64,000 bases of DNA from an uncultured delta proteobacterium (GTDB lineage Bacteria > Desulfobacterota > Binatia > DP-6): positions 64,390 to 128,389 of the forward strand of contig CAWKPA010000003.1 in assembly GCA_963851365.1 (NCBI GenBank), in the 5' to 3' direction. The notes beneath the pieces are model-generated. The model saw nothing but the letters and a program-made list of their open reading frames with translations. It searched no databases and was not told the origin of the DNA. Each line of letters begins with the position of its first letter. The stretch's first letter is position 1. Shown here piece after piece: positions 60,781 through 64,000 of this stretch. Both the position numbers and the translations under genes were made by a program.

Positions 60781-61951
60781 TCAGCGGATGGCGTCGCACC
60801 CCGTGACGTCGCGGCCCACGATGAGCGTGTGCATGTCGCACGTCCCCTCGTAGGTGTTCACCGTCTCCAGGTTCATCATGTGCCGGATCACCGGGTACTC
60901 GTTCACGATGCCGCTGGCGCCGAGCACGTCGCGGGCGAGGCGCGCGATCTCGAGCGCGTGCCCCACGTTGTTGCGCTTGGCGAGCGACACCTGCTCCGGC
61001 CGCACGGTGCCCGCGTCCTTCAGCACGCCGAGGCGCCAGGCCAGCAGCTGCGCTTTGGTGATCTCGTTCAGCATGTGGACCAGCTTCGCCTGCACCAACT
61101 GGAAGCCGGCGAGCGGCTTGTCGAACTGCGTGCGCGTCTTGGCGTAGTCGAGCGCCGTCAGGTAGCAGGTGCGCGCGGCGCCCACGGCGCCCCAGACGAT
61201 GCCGTAGCGCGCCTGGTTGAGGCACGAAAACGGGCCGCCGAGCCCCTTCGCCTCGGGCAGTATGGCCGACGCCGGCACCCGCACGTCCTCCAGCACCAGC
61301 TCCGAGGTGATCGACGCGCGGAGCGAGAACTTGCCCTTGATGTCGGGCGCGCTGAAGCCCGGCGTGCCGCGCTCCACCAGGAAGCCGCGGATGTCGCCCG
61401 CGTCGTCCTTCGCCCACACCGTCGCGATGTCGGCGATCGAGCCGTTGGTGATCCAGCGCTTGGTGCCGTTGAGCACCCAGTGCGCGCCGTCGCGGCGGGC
61501 CCGCGTCTCCATGCCGCCGGGGTCCGAGCCGTGGTCGGGCTCCGTGAGCCCGAAACAGCCGATCGCGCGGCCAGCCGCCATCTCCGGCAACCAGCGCCGC
61601 TTCTGCTCCTCGCTGCCCCAGCGCCAGATGCTGAACATGGCCAGCGAGCCCTGCACCGACGCCATGGAGCGCAGGCCCGAGTCGCCCGCTTCCAGCTCCT
61701 GACAAATGAGGCCGTACGCGACCGCCGACAGCCCGGCGCAGCCGTACCCGTGCAAGATGAGCCCCGAACAGCCCGAGTTCCGCCATGCGGGGGATCAACT
61801 GGCGCGGGAACTCCTCGCGGGCATGGCACCCTTCGATGAGGGGTAGCGCCTCCCGCTCGACGAAGGCGCGCACGGTCGCGGCGGTCATCCGCTCCTCGGG
61901 CGCGAGCAGCTCATCGATCTGGTAGTAGTCGACCTGTGTGGGAGTGGTCAT
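60781..61951 (-). CDS. acyl-CoA dehydrogenase (glutaryl-CoA-dehydrogenase-like); N-terminal ~65 codons in a different frame
   Basis: N-terminus MTTPTQVDYYQIDELLAPEERMTAATVRAFVEREALPLIEGCHAREEFPRQLIPRMAELGLFGAHL. Core CFGLTEPDHGSDPGGMETRA...YEGTCDMHTLIVGRDVTG. Confidence 0.8.
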
Positions 61952-62097
61952 CGGCCCATCGTCCTCCGGCCCGGAACCCTAGACCATGACGCGGGGCAGA
62001 TGCGAGGCCGGGCCCGAGGGGGCAGCCGAACCTTGCACCATCCGGCGCCACACCCTATGAGGAGCGGTCGTTCTCGGCCGGCGATCCATTAGCCGAC

Positions 62098-62976
62098 ATG
62101 CATCTCGAAACCCTCAAAGTCTTCTGCGACGTCGTCGAGACCAAGAGCTTCTCGGCCGCCGCCTCCCAGAACTTCGTGACCCAGTCCGCCGTGAGCCAGC
62201 AGGTGCGCATGCTGGAAGACCGCTGGGGGCGCCGCCTGCTCGAACGGACGCGCGGCAATGTCCAGCTCACGCCGGCGGGCGAGATCCTCTACCAGGCCAG
62301 CAAGGACATCGTGCAGCGCTTCCAAGACATGGAGACGCAGCTGCAGGCCAGCGCCAACGTGGTGGGCGGTTCGGTGCGGATCGCCACCGTGCATTCCATC
62401 GGTCTCTACGAGCTGTCGGCGTCGCTCAAACGCTACATGAAGGCATTCCCGCAGGTCCAGTTGCACCTCGAGTACAGCCGGTCCAGCAAGATCTACGACG
62501 ACGCGCTGAAGGGCCACATCGACATCGGCATCGTCGCCTTCCCCACCAAACGCCCCGGCATCACCGTCATCCCCTTCCGCCAGGATCGCCTGGTGCTGGT
62601 CACGCCGCCCGGCCACCCGCTCGCACGCCACCGTTCCGTGTCCATCCGCAAGCTGTCGGGCGAGGCGCTGGTCGGCTTCGAGCGCGACATCCCGACCCGC
62701 AAGGAGACCGACCGCGTCCTGCGGCGCCACGGCGCTGAGGTCCGGTACGTGATGGAGCTGGACAACGTCGAGACCATCAAGCGGGTGGTGGAGATCGGCC
62801 ACGGGCTCGCCATTCTCCCGGAGCCCGCGGTGCGGCCGGAGGTGAAGCAGAAGGCGCTGGCCGTGGTGCAGCTCGCGGACGAGACGCTGTGGCGCCCGCT
62901 CGGCATCATCCATCGCCACGGCAAGCACTTCTCGCCGGCGGCCGAACGGTTCATCGAGTTCCTGCGGACCGACTGA
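62098..62976 (+). CDS. LysR family transcriptional regulator
   Basis: MHLETLKVFCDVVETKSFSAAASQNFVTQSAVSQQVRMLE is an HTH. 292 aa. Confidence 0.9.
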   Translation: MHLETLKVFCDVVETKSFSAAASQNFVTQSAVSQQVRMLEDRWGRRLLERTRGNVQLTPAGEILYQASKDIVQRFQDMETQLQASANVVGGSVRIATVHSIGLYELSASLKRYMKAFPQVQLHLEYSRSSKIYDDALKGHIDIGIVAFPTKRPGITVIPFRQDRLVLVTPPGHPLARHRSVSIRKLSGEALVGFERDIPTRKETDRVLRRHGAEVRYVMELDNVETIKRVVEIGHGLAILPEPAVRPEVKQKALAVVQLADETLWRPLGIIHRHGKHFSPAAERFIEFLRTD

Positions 62977-63023
62977 CCGCCGCAGATTGACTGGTCCCAC
63001 GGGCGCCGCGATACTCCTCCGCC

Positions 63024-64000
63024 ATGCGAAGGCGGCGAGTCGCGGTCGTGGGCGCAACCGGCATCGCCGGCCAGCAGGCGCTGGTGGCGCTGGCGGAGCA
63101 CCCCTGGTTCGAGATCGCGACGGTCGCCGCCTCGGCGCGGTCGGCGGGCCGCCCCTACGGCGAGGCCATTCGCGACGCCGGCGGCGCCCGGCTGTGGTGG
63201 TGCCGCGAGGAACCTCCTGAATCCGTCCTGAACCTCCCGGTGATCGAGGCGCAGCACCTCGACCCCGGCTCGGTCGACCTCGTCCTGTCGCTGATCGAGT
63301 CCGACGCCGCCCGGGAGCTCGAGCCGCGCTTCGCCGCCGTCGTGCCCACGCTGAGCAGCGCGTCGGCGTATCGCTACGAGACCGACGTCCCCATCCTGGT
63401 GCCCGGCGTCAACATGGTGGCACACCTGCCGCTGATCGAGCACCAGCGCCGGCAGCGCGGATGGAAGGGGTACCTGCTGCCGCAGTCGAACTGCACGGTG
63501 GTCGGGCTGGTGGTGTCGCTCAAGCCGCTGGTGGATGCCTTCGGCGTCCGCCGCGTGCTGCTCACCACCATGCAGGGTCTCTCCGGCGCCGGCCGGGCGG
63601 GCGGCGTCCTCGCGCTCGACGTGGTCGACAACCTGGTCCCCTACATCCCCAAGGAGGAGGAAAAGGTCGCCACCGAAGCCGGCAAGATCCTGGGCCGGCT
63701 CGGCGAAGGCCAGGTCCAGCCCTATCCGGCGGTGGTGGGCGCCACCTGCACGCGGGTCCCCGTGCTCGACGGCCACACGGCCGCCGTCGCCGTCGAAACC
63801 GAGCGGCCCTGCAGCCCCGAGGCCGCCGCCGAGGCGATGCGGGCTTTCACCGGCGACTACGGCGCGTTCGACCTGCCGAGCGCACCGCGCCAGCCCATCG
63901 TCGTCCACGACGATCCGTTCCGCCCGCAGCCGCGCCTCGACCGCGATGCCGACGGCGGCATGGCCACCAGCGTCGGCCGGCTCCGTCCCGAGCCCGCGCT
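63024..64000 (+). CDS. asd: aspartate-semialdehyde dehydrogenase (3' end beyond window)
   Basis: RVAVVGATGIAGQ Rossmann motif, active-site region QSNCTVVGL, open to the window end. Confidence 0.9.
   Translation, partial: MRRRRVAVVGATGIAGQQALVALAEHPWFEIATVAASARSAGRPYGEAIRDAGGARLWWCREEPPESVLNLPVIEAQHLDPGSVDLVLSLIESDAARELEPRFAAVVPTLSSASAYRYETDVPILVPGVNMVAHLPLIEHQRRQRGWKGYLLPQSNCTVVGLVVSLKPLVDAFGVRRVLLTTMQGLSGAGRAGGVLALDVVDNLVPYIPKEEEKVATEAGKILGRLGEGQVQPYPAVVGATCTRVPVLDGHTAAVAVETERPCSPEAAAEAMRAFTGDYGAFDLPSAPRQPIVVHDDPFRPQPRLDRDADGGMATSVGRLRPEPA

Overview
The window is 64 kb of high-GC (about 70%) bacterial chromosome. The gene content (TSP3-repeat, DUF1566, giant subtilase, collagen-like proteins) suggests a Myxococcota-like Gram-negative, but that is a guess. 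There are two parts. (1) Positions 1 to about 35,330 are a mosaic accessory region built at a tRNA-Ser(UGA) gene (about 35,244-35,330, minus strand). A 27-bp perfect copy of the tRNA 3' end sits at 6,468-6,494, next to a decayed tyrosine-integrase gene. Together these delimit an island of about 28.7 kb. Its cargo, in order: a lipoprotein; a secreted collagen-repeat/FGE-domain protein; TSP3-repeat and DUF1566 secreted proteins; two paralogous sulfatase-family plus alpha/beta-hydrolase gene pairs, one flanked by 85-bp inverted repeats and the other inside a composite transposon of two ISNCY(IS1202-like) copies; a 1,243-aa S8 subtilase with a TetR gene; a fusion of a restriction-endonuclease-like (Mrr_cat) domain to an unknown C-terminal domain, in a low-GC patch; a prophage remnant (XerD-like recombinase, DUF5681, terminase large subunit); and a 1.35-kb segment bounded by ~145-bp direct repeats abutting the tRNA. 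Left of the distal att copy lies older accessory DNA (P-type ATPase, IS256 fragment, TetR-hydrolase pair, META/HslJ secreted protein). (2) Positions 35,466-64,000 are conserved core: hslO, dsbD, ribBA, a caa3-type cytochrome oxidase cluster, an acyltransferase, glmS, glmU, an L,D-transpeptidase, SCP2, a small protein plus TIR-TM-SH3b operon, cstA, crotonase, VOC, lnt, SDR, GH92 mannosidase, acyl-CoA dehydrogenase, LysR and asd. Essential genes (glmS, glmU, ctaD) are split across reading frames, so the sequence carries indel errors. Frameshifts elsewhere therefore cannot be taken as evidence of pseudogenes. No CRISPR array, rRNA or riboswitch was found.
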